A stretch of DNA of 64,000 nucleotides, from positions 32,001 through 96,000 of IMG/VR virus record IMGVR_UViG_3300045988_004573. The stretch is one strand, 5' to 3'. Below, piece after piece: positions 47,747 to 57,213 of this stretch. This stretch comes from a virus. The position numbers and the translations under genes are program-made. Each line of letters begins with the position of its first letter. Position 1 is the first letter of the stretch. Below the pieces are notes generated by a model. The model worked only from the letters and a program-made list of their open reading frames with translations. It searched no databases and was not told the DNA's origin.

Positions 47747-48433
47747 TCATTGCAACTTTATATATTCCCTATCTCCCATGTGTCTGAATGACTTGCTGAA
47801 CTCATTGACTCTAGGTATAAGGGTATTATACATTCTTGTAAATGCCTCCATCTCTGATACACTAGGTATCATAAACTCATTGTTACATTGACCAGCCTTG
47901 AAAGCATACTCCTGCTGGGTATTCTGTAGTACAGCAGGACTAACCTTTCCCATATCAAATAGGATAGTAAACCACTCCTTCTTTATGTACAGCTCCAGAG
48001 TCTTTAGGAACACTGGATTATCTGGAAGTAGAGGTAATCCATCATCGTCAGTAGGGATAGCCTTATAACTAAGCTCTATGTCTCCTGTCTTGAAGGAGGT
48101 GAATATTACAGAGCCTTGGGTTTTGAATGATAGCTCTCCCTTATCTTCTGGGTGAGTACCATTGAAGCTATCAGTCATAGCTCTCAAACATACACCATTC
48201 CTGGCTAATCTTACCTGGTTTATAGCAATCAGGTCACAAGGTAGTTGTCCTCTATAGTTGTCTATACATATAGTAGTTACCTTATCTGCATAGATATTAG
48301 GTAATCCCATAACAGCTATGAAGTCTAAAGTATATTGTATAGCACTCTCCAGATTGAGGTCAGTAAGCAATGGATGCCTCATTACTCTAGACAATACCTC
48401 AGGCAATTTAACATATTGATACTCACTCCACAT
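47747..48433 (-). CDS. Virion-module protein of unknown function
   Basis: 228-aa ORF whose stop lies 1 nt before the start of the next gene. Confidence 0.65.
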   Translation of the reverse strand: MWSEYQYVKLPEVLSRVMRHPLLTDLNLESAIQYTLDFIAVMGLPNIYADKVTTICIDNYRGQLPCDLIAINQVRLARNGVCLRAMTDSFNGTHPEDKGELSFKTQGSVIFTSFKTGDIELSYKAIPTDDDGLPLLPDNPVFLKTLELYIKKEWFTILFDMGKVSPAVLQNTQQEYAFKAGQCNNEFMIPSVSEMEAFTRMYNTLIPRVNEFSKSFRHMGDREYIKLQ

Positions 48434-49199
48434 TTTTATACCTCCATTTATGATTTAATGTTTTACTTCTACTCCCTCTGCAACATTCTGTTATCTTGGA
48501 AGCAGCACTCTTACCTTTCCCATAATATCTTGCAGCATCAGTGGCAGACCTAAAGCAAGCTATTATATTATTATCAAGGTCTAGCTGCTCTACTGCTTTG
48601 CAGTAATTATCTCTCCCTTTAGACCTCTTTTCAAAGGAAACATTATTACCAAGCTTAATTCCTGTGTGGGAGTTACTTATCTTTGTTCTATGTTCAATAG
48701 TTAGGTGCTTTCCATAGAAAGGGTGATTAGTCCCAGACATTGCAATACTTATCTTACTTCTAATATCTTCTGATACTTTCCTACCAAGACTCTTTTTTCT
48801 TAAAATCAACTTAGTAGAGTTCTTCATTGGCTTTCCTTTATTTGGAGAAGTCCTCCCCTTTAAGGATTTTCTTATTTTTATTAGAGTTTCTTCTGTTGGA
48901 GTATATCCAGACATCCCATCACCTCCATTGGTTATATTATAAGATAACCCCAAACTTTTATAATGTCTTATCAGCTCTATCTCTAATCTTTTAGCTCTAC
49001 TCTCTTCTAAGTTAGTAAATAATACTTCATGCCTTATATTATCCCAACCATACTTGAGAATAGCTCTAAAGAATAGTTTACATGCTTTATATCCAAAGCC
49101 CTTAGACCATCTTTTGTCTGCATCTCTAGAGGTTATACCTATATATACTTTACCAGATGGAGAGATATGTCTATATAATAGCCATCTTTTATGTTCCAT
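48423..49199 (-). CDS. GIY-YIG homing endonuclease with NUMOD3-like repeats and a C-terminal DNA-binding module
   Basis: GKVYIGITS...RWSKG...YGWDN...E...YNITNGGDG (GIY-YIG core). Repeats TEETLIKIRKSLKG, SEDIRSKISIAMSG and TIEHRTKISNSHTG. C-terminal FRSATDAARYYG...ITECCRG. Confidence 0.85.
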   Translation of the reverse strand: MEHKRWLLYRHISPSGKVYIGITSRDADKRWSKGFGYKACKLFFRAILKYGWDNIRHEVLFTNLEESRAKRLEIELIRHYKSLGLSYNITNGGDGMSGYTPTEETLIKIRKSLKGRTSPNKGKPMKNSTKLILRKKSLGRKVSEDIRSKISIAMSGTNHPFYGKHLTIEHRTKISNSHTGIKLGNNVSFEKRSKGRDNYCKAVEQLDLDNNIIACFRSATDAARYYGKGKSAASKITECCRGSRSKTLNHKWRYKNVE

Positions 49200-49749
49200 A
49201 TTTGTTTCTCTTTCCTATAAGAAGAGCATCTATGATGCCCTGTTTAATGTTATGCTTAAGTCTTAGCTTTAGGTCTTTATTAAAGACCAACTCATAGAAA
49301 GACCTGTTATTGAAGTTAACATCCTCCTTATTGTAGAGTACCTTATATATCTCCTGTTCATCAAGTCTTAATAGAGTCTTGTCTCTATATGCTTCCTCAT
49401 CCTCATACCATAGCTTAAGGGTATTGTCCCAGTCTATAGGAAGGTTAGTCTTAACCTTACCATTCTCATCTATTCTGACTGACTTCTCATACTTCCTTAC
49501 TTCTATAGTACCCATCCTGTGAGGTAACTTAACCTCATTGCCTATCACTATATCATCAACAAGCAGGTTGTTTATCTGTCTGATAATAGCAAAGTACTGT
49601 GACTCTGACAGTACATACTTCTTATCATCAGGCTTGTTCTTTCTATAGTATTTATAGCCATCATACACACCAAGACTATTCCTTATCTTGTGTTCTCTAG
49701 GCATACTGGCTCTTCTTACCCTTTTCTTAAACTCTATAAGACTCTCCAT
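49189..49749 (-). CDS. Possible HU/IHF-like DNA-binding protein
   Basis: IIRQINNLLVDDIVIGNEVKLPHRMGTIEVRKYEK resembles the HU/IHF helix plus the beta-arm entry (G-x-V-x-L-x-x-x-G-x-x-x-V-R). crAss-like virion modules are reported to contain an IHF-like gene. Weak call. Confidence 0.4.
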   Translation of the reverse strand: MESLIEFKKRVRRASMPREHKIRNSLGVYDGYKYYRKNKPDDKKYVLSESQYFAIIRQINNLLVDDIVIGNEVKLPHRMGTIEVRKYEKSVRIDENGKVKTNLPIDWDNTLKLWYEDEEAYRDKTLLRLDEQEIYKVLYNKEDVNFNNRSFYELVFNKDLKLRLKHNIKQGIIDALLIGKRNKYGT

Positions 49750-50438
49750 TATCTCTTAGTGTTAGCTTCATCAAGGTCATCATCTGCATTATTGTTCTCA
49801 TCTGATGGAGCATATTCAGCCTTTCTCAGCTCATTGACTACAAGCTCAATCAGAGGTGGTACAAGAGCCTCCTCAATAGGGAATGTCCTGTCCAGAAGGT
49901 CACATGCAGTACCTTCATCACCATCACAGGTAAGTCCAGATACTTCATCTGCATCCTCAAATATAGCGGTGAACTTGACTTTCTCCAAGTATAGGAACTG
50001 TGGATTCCATGACTTGAAATACAGATAACCATCAGGTGCTATTGAACAGTAGATGATATTCTTCATCCACTTGTTATAGCCTACATATCTCATCCTGTCC
50101 CTACTGATATAAGCTATCTCACCTTGATAGTAATCTATAGGATATACCCTAGGATTGCCTATCATCAGAGTAACAGGTATCTTATCCTTGCTCCTCAAGT
50201 ATGAGCCACCTTCACATACTTCACCACTAATAGCTGGAACCTCTATAAGGTCTAAGCATATAGTCTGGTAGTTACTCTCAGAGATAGCCTTCTTAATATC
50301 AGTATAGTATCTCTGCTTTAACAGGAATGACCTATACTTGCCACATAGGAAGGCTATATGGTCTTCTGTGAATGTGAAGTCATCAGACATACCTTTAAGC
50401 TCATCAAGAACCATATATACAATTTCTCTGTATGTCAT
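49749..50438 (-). CDS. Virion-module protein of unknown function
   Basis: 229-aa ORF with its own promoter box upstream. Confidence 0.65.
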   Translation of the reverse strand: MTYREIVYMVLDELKGMSDDFTFTEDHIAFLCGKYRSFLLKQRYYTDIKKAISESNYQTICLDLIEVPAISGEVCEGGSYLRSKDKIPVTLMIGNPRVYPIDYYQGEIAYISRDRMRYVGYNKWMKNIIYCSIAPDGYLYFKSWNPQFLYLEKVKFTAIFEDADEVSGLTCDGDEGTACDLLDRTFPIEEALVPPLIELVVNELRKAEYAPSDENNNADDDLDEANTKR

Positions 50439-50475
50439 ATCAATTAGCTTATTTATTATATAATTAAACCTCTTG

Positions 50476-50483
50476 CAAAGGTA
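50476..50483 (-). promoter_or_regulatory. Bacteroidota-type -7 promoter box, lying inside a 9-bp inverted repeat
   Basis: The - strand reads TACCTTTGCA, 37 nt upstream of ATG 50438. It is flanked by AACCTCTTG (50467-75) and CAAGAGGTT (50504-12). Confidence 0.5.
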
Positions 50484-50522
50484 AGAATTATATCTTATCT
50501 CTACAAGAGGTTAAGTGATTTA

Positions 50523-50867
50523 TTACTCATTTACTAACCTAAGTAGTTCATCCTCACTGAATCTTAGTATATCATTCTCAGTTATTCTAGGAGTGACATC
50601 ATTCAGTGCTTGGACTAATGAGGTATTCACTGCAAACTCTGGGTATGGTATAAGACAGGTAGAGCCAAACAAGCAGTATAACACATTGGTTATAGTCTTA
50701 TAATCCTCCTCATCTATATACAAGCTGAAAGAACTCCTCAGTAAGTCCTCTATGAACAGTAGAACCAGCAGCTTATTTACTTCTTTATATCCTTTATATC
50801 CGAAGGTTGACAAAGCTTGAAAATAATTGCTGACCCCAGTATAAGCCATATTATCAAGTCCATCCAT
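50523..50867 (-). CDS. Virion-module protein of unknown function
   Basis: 114-aa ORF that overlaps the upstream gene by 14 nt. Confidence 0.55.
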   Translation of the reverse strand: MDGLDNMAYTGVSNYFQALSTFGYKGYKEVNKLLVLLFIEDLLRSSFSLYIDEEDYKTITNVLYCLFGSTCLIPYPEFAVNTSLVQALNDVTPRITENDILRFSEDELLRLVNE

Positions 50868-51513
50868 GACATCTGCATCCAGTATTTATAGTTTTACCTT
50901 TAACTCCCCTAAAGAACTTATTCCAGTACTCGATAGCCTGTGCATAGTGACCTGTCCTTATACTTAGCTCTAAAGCCTTGAACCTAAGTAAGGCATCTAT
51001 GAAGTTCTTGGGTATCTCACACTCATCCTCTACCTCTTTCATATAGTTGACCATAGACCTATAGAAAGGGTACAGGTTAGCTACTACTCCCATAGTAGTC
51101 TGATTATCCATGCCACAAGGTGTATCTGCTGATGGTGTTCCTTTAGTGACCACATATACAAAGAACAGTGTATCACACAGAGATACTCCTAGTGCTGTAC
51201 TGTTAAGCTCTAATCTTACTCTCTTTTCACCATCACCTTCTTGACCAGAGAAGCAGACCTCATCATCTTCCTTAGTCCTTATAGGACCACATCCATTACA
51301 TTCAGGCAATGAGTAGATAGTCTCATTATCTGTAGCTACCTCATGGTAGAATATAGGCTTAGTGCTTGGACCATTAGCTACATAAGTGTCTTGAGTATCT
51401 ATTATGATAGCATCAATATACACACCATTATAGTATTGCAGGTCTTTCACAGAAGCATCTATAATAAGTTTCTTACCATCAGGAGTTATTCTTAATTCAT
51501 TAAACTGTACCAT
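50854..51513 (-). CDS. Virion-module protein of unknown function
   Basis: 219-aa ORF. No motif recognised. Confidence 0.65.
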   Translation of the reverse strand: MVQFNELRITPDGKKLIIDASVKDLQYYNGVYIDAIIIDTQDTYVANGPSTKPIFYHEVATDNETIYSLPECNGCGPIRTKEDDEVCFSGQEGDGEKRVRLELNSTALGVSLCDTLFFVYVVTKGTPSADTPCGMDNQTTMGVVANLYPFYRSMVNYMKEVEDECEIPKNFIDALLRFKALELSIRTGHYAQAIEYWNKFFRGVKGKTINTGCRCHGWT

Positions 51514-51537
51514 AGCTTATCTATTAAGGGTTGATAA

Positions 51538-51566
51538 TAAAAAAGGGGCATATAACTATGCCCCTT
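51538..51566 (-). terminator. Rho-independent terminator after the 333-aa gene
   Basis: AAGGGGCATA (51543-52) pairs with TATGCCCCTT (51557-66), a perfect 10 bp with loop TAAC. It is followed on the - strand by TTTTTTATTATC. Confidence 0.8.
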
Positions 51567-51580
51567 ATACTTAAGCCCCT

Positions 51581-52582
51581 TTAAGCTAGGGCAGCTATTT
51601 GCTTGTCTGTTGGAAGTAGAGCATTGACAGCAGCAATCAGTGCCTTCATGTCAGTGTGACTACCATCATCAACACATACTATTGTGATGTCCTTCTCAGA
51701 CTTCTGTACACCCTCATTGCTATCAGTGAAAGCATAGTGAATGTCAAGAGTATCATACTTAGCTGTTGGGTCTACTAGGTAAGTAGTCTTGATAACATTA
51801 GGATAACCCATCATTCTGTAGTGGTCTCCTCTAGCACCCATACAGAAGTACTCAAGGTCTGCAATGTTATGACCATCCTCTACTTGGTTAGTAGCCTCTT
51901 GAGCTTCAACTACACCCCAGATATACTCATCACCATCAACAATCACTGTAGTAGGTTGAACTGTGAAAGGAATGAATGCTTGTGGCATTGTTCCAAGTTC
52001 CCAAGCCTGTACAGCTTCCTCAAAGATGATACCTGTGTAAGTACCTGTAAGGTCAGCCTCCTTAGTCTTAGGAGCAACCAGTTCCTCATCATCAGCAGTC
52101 TTTAGGTAAACTGTTACAAGAGGAGTAGTGTCTCTTGACACATTGTCAGCTATAGAGATAGCCATCTTCTTGTAGAAGTCTGATGCTGTCATGTTGGCAG
52201 TAGCCTTAACATAACCATACTTCTGGTTAGTGTCCTCTTCTCCTAGACCAATGTACTGTCTGAAAGCAATCCTTGTGATATACTCCTGACCTGCTACTGG
52301 TGTAGCATTTACATTAGCATCCAGAGTCAACAGCACTCTTGTAAGCTTATGAGCCAAGTCCCCAGAACCTGTAGCCTTAGCATACATAATCTTATCAACA
52401 GCTATCAAGTCACTTCTTACAATGCCAGCAGGAGACATGTACTGGAAGTACATTTGAGTCTTAGCTGTGTCCCCCTTAGGCAGTATAGAACCTGCTGCAT
52501 CAGTAGCTAGCAGATTAGCACCTGACTTAAGAGCTTTAGCGACATATAAATGTCTTACTTGATTGATACTAAAATTAGCCAT
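51581..52582 (-). CDS. Probably abundant virion structural protein; identity unresolved
   Basis: 333-aa ORF immediately followed by a strong terminator. The composition (A/T/V/G-rich, few Cys or Trp) looks structural. Confidence 0.65.
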   Translation of the reverse strand: MANFSINQVRHLYVAKALKSGANLLATDAAGSILPKGDTAKTQMYFQYMSPAGIVRSDLIAVDKIMYAKATGSGDLAHKLTRVLLTLDANVNATPVAGQEYITRIAFRQYIGLGEEDTNQKYGYVKATANMTASDFYKKMAISIADNVSRDTTPLVTVYLKTADDEELVAPKTKEADLTGTYTGIIFEEAVQAWELGTMPQAFIPFTVQPTTVIVDGDEYIWGVVEAQEATNQVEDGHNIADLEYFCMGARGDHYRMMGYPNVIKTTYLVDPTAKYDTLDIHYAFTDSNEGVQKSEKDITIVCVDDGSHTDMKALIAAVNALLPTDKQIAALA

Positions 52583-52611
52583 TTTGATAATTAGTTTAAT
52601 TAAACAATTTC

Positions 52612-53319
52612 TTATTTGCTACCTGACACTTGAGTCTTACTTATTATAGCTAGTCTGACTGCTCTTTCAAGTATAGCTCTATGTATGACAGGATTTAATT
52701 CACACTCTGTTCTGACCTTTATACCATTAACTGATAACTCACTAAGGTCAACCAGAACTATAGGTTTAGGTCTTGAGAGGTATCTTACCAGATACTTGTC
52801 TATGTTATAATCTGAGATTATCTCAATAACTCCATCACCTATATCAAGTCTGACTGCTCTGCCTTTTGATGGACCTCTGAAAGGATTCTTAGCTATCCTG
52901 TAGTACTCATCTTGAGTTACTGGAACTATAGTAGCCTCTTCTCCATCTAGACATCCTAGTCTCTCATCCTTTAATGTAGCTGACTCATAAGTAATGAACC
53001 ATACATCCTCAGGAAGTTGGAAGAACATTGAAGTCTTTGACAATCCTACATGACCTGTCAGTTTGTCTGACAGTACTACTGTCTTAACCAAGTCACTTAA
53101 GTATCTCCTTATCTCCTCTGTTCTTTCAAAACTCTCTCCAAACTGATTCTTGCCTGTGTATGACTCTACTACTATCTCTTCTTGAGCCTTAGTGAGAAAC
53201 ACTGACTTCTCATATTCATCAAGAGTGATGTCCAGCTTGTTCTCATCTCCATAAGGAGGAACAGTACTATAGCTGTTCAGCAGAGTGTCAAATTCATTAG
53301 AGAACTCTTGTGTTGTCAT
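52612..53319 (-). CDS. Virion-module protein, tandem paralog B
   Basis: It shares with the 53319..54032 product: EFSN-FD-L, EYEKSV-LTKAQ-EI, Y-RRPKPIVLVDL and ECELNP-IH--IL-RAV-LA. Confidence 0.7.
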   Translation of the reverse strand: MTTQEFSNEFDTLLNSYSTVPPYGDENKLDITLDEYEKSVFLTKAQEEIVVESYTGKNQFGESFERTEEIRRYLSDLVKTVVLSDKLTGHVGLSKTSMFFQLPEDVWFITYESATLKDERLGCLDGEEATIVPVTQDEYYRIAKNPFRGPSKGRAVRLDIGDGVIEIISDYNIDKYLVRYLSRPKPIVLVDLSELSVNGIKVRTECELNPVIHRAILERAVRLAIISKTQVSGSK

Positions 53320-54032
53320 TATTCACTCCTTTGTCCTACTTGTAAAAGACCATTTGCATCTCCAGTATAGACTATCTTAGCAAGCTCCACTGCTCTTTGC
53401 AGTATCTCCTCATGTATAAGAGGATTAAGTTCACACTCACTTATAGTGCTTACTCCATTGATACTTACATCACCATACTCTGATGCTAGGTCTACTAATA
53501 CTATTGGTTTAGGTCTTCTGACATATCTGACAGTGTACTTGCTTACTGTTTCACCAGAGTGAGGTATAACCTCAACAATTACATTCTCATTGCCAGAACC
53601 CTCTGTAACTAATCTCCAAGCCTGATACTTCAAAGGCTCTTTATAGAGCCTGGACATTAACCTAGAGTACTCATCAAAGCTAATAGGAACTACCTGCTTT
53701 ACTCCTGTATTAGTAGTAAGTGTCTCATTTATTATTAAGAACACATCCTCAGGCATCCTATATATCTTGGCTCTAAGGTCAAAGCCAGCTCCACTTTGTG
53801 ATGTACAATCTGCAACTGATATAAGTCCAGAGAAGTCTATCTGCCTCTTGGCTGAACCATCAAAACCCTCCTGATACTTATTACCCTGAGGGTTAAAATA
53901 GTTCTTCAATATCTCATCTTGTGCCTTGGTCAATAAGACAGATTTCTCATACTCATTGATACCAGGAGCAGCATTGGACATAATATTATTATAAAGTATA
54001 TCGAAACTATTGCTAAATTCAACTACATTCAT
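53319..54032 (-). CDS. Virion-module protein, tandem paralog A
   Basis: See the paralog at 52612..53319. The two genes overlap by 1 nt. Confidence 0.7.
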   Translation of the reverse strand: MNVVEFSNSFDILYNNIMSNAAPGINEYEKSVLLTKAQDEILKNYFNPQGNKYQEGFDGSAKRQIDFSGLISVADCTSQSGAGFDLRAKIYRMPEDVFLIINETLTTNTGVKQVVPISFDEYSRLMSRLYKEPLKYQAWRLVTEGSGNENVIVEVIPHSGETVSKYTVRYVRRPKPIVLVDLASEYGDVSINGVSTISECELNPLIHEEILQRAVELAKIVYTGDANGLLQVGQRSE

Positions 54033-54621
54033 AATATCTAAATTTTATTTTACCAGCAGTCTTTCTTAGTCCTCTACACACAGCAGATATGTTTCTTTGT
54101 TCTATACCTAATACTATAGAAGCTTCTTTGATAGAATTAAACTTTACCCACTTATTACCTATATAAGCCTCTATCTTCACATAATGAGATTTGACTCTTT
54201 TAGCTACCCAGCTCGAAGTTTGACCTCTACCTTTTCTGCTTTTGGACATTTTAGCTTTAGTCTCATCAGAGTGTTTTAGACCTATATGAGCTTTGGATAT
54301 TTTATCTCTACAGGAATTACTTAGTTTCACATGGTACCCTAGTCTTCCTTCTCCTCCATCTGTTATATTATAACTCAAGTTAAGACTTTTGTAATGAGAT
54401 ATTAGAGATTTCTCAACAGTTTCTGCTTCTTCCTTAGTCAGGTTATCAGCTAATATAGTATGTTCTATATTATCCCATCCATACTTTAGAATAGCATTAA
54501 AGAATTTGATACACCCTTTATATCCTTTACCTTTATTCCATCTACTCTGAGGATTCTGACTGGTAATTCCTATATAAACTTTTCCTGATGGAGAGGTATG
54601 TTTATATACTAACCACCTCAT
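54019..54621 (-). CDS. GIY-YIG homing endonuclease, second copy
   Basis: MRWLVYKHTSPSGKVYIGITSQNPQSRWNKGKGY...YGWDNIEH...YNITDGGEG. NUMOD3-like SNSCRDKISKAHIG and SDETKAKMSKSRKG. C-terminal FNSIKEASIVLGIEQRNISAVCRG. Confidence 0.85.
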   Translation of the reverse strand: MRWLVYKHTSPSGKVYIGITSQNPQSRWNKGKGYKGCIKFFNAILKYGWDNIEHTILADNLTKEEAETVEKSLISHYKSLNLSYNITDGGEGRLGYHVKLSNSCRDKISKAHIGLKHSDETKAKMSKSRKGRGQTSSWVAKRVKSHYVKIEAYIGNKWVKFNSIKEASIVLGIEQRNISAVCRGLRKTAGKIKFRYYECS

Positions 54622-55601
54622 TCTTTAAGTTTAGCCTGTAGAGAAAAGAGTAGTTCCTGATGCTTAGGCATGTTCAGATACTTGGCTGCAATGTTAAGAG
54701 TAGGCTCTTCATTATCCCCACATAGAGGAGTACCATCAGCCTTTAAGTATAACATACCACCTCTGTTGCTGATAAGACCACCTTCAATAGCCTTCTTGAT
54801 AAGAACCTTAGTACTTAATAGAGGGTCAGTTGCTACTCTTACAAAGAGCCTTGCATCAGCTTGAATGAGCTTACCAACCTTCTCTTGCAGGAACTCAATC
54901 TTAGAGTTCTTAGATGTAGGTCTACCATCAATAGTCTCAATGATAGTTCTAAGTATATCTGCATTCTCCTGTATCTTACCAAACTCCATATAAGCCTGCA
55001 TAGTTGCATTCATCTTCTTCTTAGAAGCCTGTGACTCCTCATTCTCATGGATGATTACAAACTGATAGGTAGCTTTAGGGTGGTCCTCAAGGTCTTGAAG
55101 GGATGGTGCTATCAGGTCTCTGTTGGCTAAAAGCACCTTATATTTGATATAATCATCTGGGTCAGCTAGGTTAAGGAAGTTGTCTTGCTTAGTCAGCCTT
55201 ACCTGATAATTATCCCAGAAATTGTCTACCTTATTATATATTGACAGTGCATTGTACTCAAGTCCCATCACCTCCTCTAGGCAAGCCTTCTCAGCATTGG
55301 TAAGTACATTTACATACATACCAGATGTAAGTCTAGGAACAGTAAGCCATCTTACTGCACCCTCTGCCATACCTCCATATAGGATATGCTTAGGGTCTCT
55401 TACTATACCTGTCTCTTTAGGTACATGCTTTACAATGACTCTCTCATTTCTCAAGCAGTTGACTATAGGTTCATCTACAGCAGCAGGTTGCTTAGCCTGT
55501 CTTCTTCTTGGTTGTTTAACTGGTGCCTCAACTACCTCCTGCATAGGAGTCTCATCCATTATAGTATCATCATCCAGCATTACTTCTACTTCTTTAGCCA
55601 T
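54618..55601 (-). CDS. Virion-module protein of unknown function
   Basis: 327-aa ORF. AAGGAGA lies 8 nt upstream of the ATG on the - strand, one of the few Shine-Dalgarno-like sites in the window. Confidence 0.65.
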   Translation of the reverse strand: MAKEVEVMLDDDTIMDETPMQEVVEAPVKQPRRRQAKQPAAVDEPIVNCLRNERVIVKHVPKETGIVRDPKHILYGGMAEGAVRWLTVPRLTSGMYVNVLTNAEKACLEEVMGLEYNALSIYNKVDNFWDNYQVRLTKQDNFLNLADPDDYIKYKVLLANRDLIAPSLQDLEDHPKATYQFVIIHENEESQASKKKMNATMQAYMEFGKIQENADILRTIIETIDGRPTSKNSKIEFLQEKVGKLIQADARLFVRVATDPLLSTKVLIKKAIEGGLISNRGGMLYLKADGTPLCGDNEEPTLNIAAKYLNMPKHQELLFSLQAKLKE

Positions 55602-55634
55602 TACTCTTCTCCTTATAGTTAGTTTATAGAAAGA

Positions 55635-55663
55635 AGGGGGACAAGGGATTACCTCATCCCCCT
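55635..55663 (-). terminator. Possible terminator after the candidate capsid gene
   Basis: AGGGGGA (55635-41) pairs with TCCCCCT (55657-63), giving 7 bp and a 15-nt loop. TCTTTCTAT follows on the - strand. The long loop makes this weak. Confidence 0.4.
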
Positions 55664-55669
55664 AATACC

Positions 55670-57181
55670 TTATCCTTGCAGTATTGCAGGAATCAATGAC
55701 AATGTTCTAGTTGGGTCAAGCACACATACACCAAGTGTTGCCATCTTGTGTATAGTAGCACTATCCTCATCATAAGACATATGTGGATTACCCATCTGTC
55801 CTGTGAATGGGTTTCTTAGACCCCACTGATAGCTTCTCAGCTCATTATCACCCTTAATCTTACACTTGAAGATATTAGGTTGGTCCATAGAACCAATGTA
55901 CCAGATGTCAAATCTGTATGACATTGCCACACCTCCCATTGGGTGAAGAACCTTGTTTCTTACTGGGTCATCATAGAATGGGTCTACATCAAGTCTTACC
56001 CTTACTCCATTAGGAGCTTTGTACTCTACAAATTGGAAACCAGCAGATAGAGCATTGCTGTGGAGCTTGGATTGAGTCTTCTCAACTACCTTAGTTGAGT
56101 TGTTATCCATAACAAATGTAGTCCAACCACTAACTGTTTGAAGAACTGCCTTGTGGAATAGGATAGCACCTCTTTCACCTGTCTTGATGACAAATAGTCT
56201 GTCATTCATACCAAGCTTAGCAGCACTCAGCTCATATAGAGCATCCTCAAGAAGCTTCAATGAGAAGTTGTTGTAGTACATTACATTAGCTACCTCAGTC
56301 TGCTCAAAGATACCAGCACCAGTCTTGATAACATTACCAGACTTACCGAAGTTCATGTACTCACCATTGGCATTTCTGTTAGAAGTACCAAAAGCCATTA
56401 CATTGTTCTTGTACTCAGAGAATTGGCACTCAAGCTCCCAGTCTACATAGTGCATCCACATATTAGCTGTGTCCTTAACTTGCTTACCATCTACATTCCT
56501 TACCATAGGAATACCAAAGGCAAGCTTTCTACCCAGCTTATTACCCCATACCTTGTGGTGGATTCTAATAGTAGACCACTCATTTCTCATAGATACGGGA
56601 GTGCTGAATCTGATGTCACCAACCTTTCTTGAACCCTCTCTTTCTACAGGAGCATACTCAATAGAGAATCTCTCTCCAGCTAGCAGTCTCTCAGCAGGAA
56701 TACCTTGAGTAAGACCACCCATAGTCTCACACTTATAGACTGCATTTGTACCCTCCATTCTAGCATCACCAAGGATTCTAATAGGATATACTTGGTTCAG
56801 ATTACCTACGATAACCTCACCATCAGCAAACCAATCCTCTGGGAATACCAGATAGAAAGGTGATGTACCAATACCTACATTACCACTCTCCTCAGTAACT
56901 ACTGTACCATTCTCATCTCTTGCCTCAACCAGAGGTATATTCCTTCTTGATGAGCCAATAACATCCCAGTAGTACTCATCATCAGTCTCAAACTCTCTTA
57001 CAGGGAATTGATTAAGGAATGTGTCCAGAGTCTTACCTCTATAGAATGCAAGCAACTGAACCATAAGGTTAGTTGCCTTCTGAGGTTGCAACTGGAAGAT
57101 TGAGCCAAGGTGATTGTCACTTGTCAGACCCTTCCAGTGCTGGAAGCCTAACATTTGAAATTTACCTAATTTACCAGCCAT
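55670..57181 (-). CDS. Candidate major capsid protein
   Basis: 503 aa, preceded by an acidic coiled-coil scaffold-like gene and followed by a hairpin. The size matches my recollection of crAss-like major capsid proteins (about 500 aa). No diagnostic motif can be read by eye. Confidence 0.55.
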   Translation of the reverse strand: MAGKLGKFQMLGFQHWKGLTSDNHLGSIFQLQPQKATNLMVQLLAFYRGKTLDTFLNQFPVREFETDDEYYWDVIGSSRRNIPLVEARDENGTVVTEESGNVGIGTSPFYLVFPEDWFADGEVIVGNLNQVYPIRILGDARMEGTNAVYKCETMGGLTQGIPAERLLAGERFSIEYAPVEREGSRKVGDIRFSTPVSMRNEWSTIRIHHKVWGNKLGRKLAFGIPMVRNVDGKQVKDTANMWMHYVDWELECQFSEYKNNVMAFGTSNRNANGEYMNFGKSGNVIKTGAGIFEQTEVANVMYYNNFSLKLLEDALYELSAAKLGMNDRLFVIKTGERGAILFHKAVLQTVSGWTTFVMDNNSTKVVEKTQSKLHSNALSAGFQFVEYKAPNGVRVRLDVDPFYDDPVRNKVLHPMGGVAMSYRFDIWYIGSMDQPNIFKCKIKGDNELRSYQWGLRNPFTGQMGNPHMSYDEDSATIHKMATLGVCVLDPTRTLSLIPAILQG

Positions 57182-57213
57182 AAAAACTTAATTTATTAGT
57201 TAATCAATTTATA

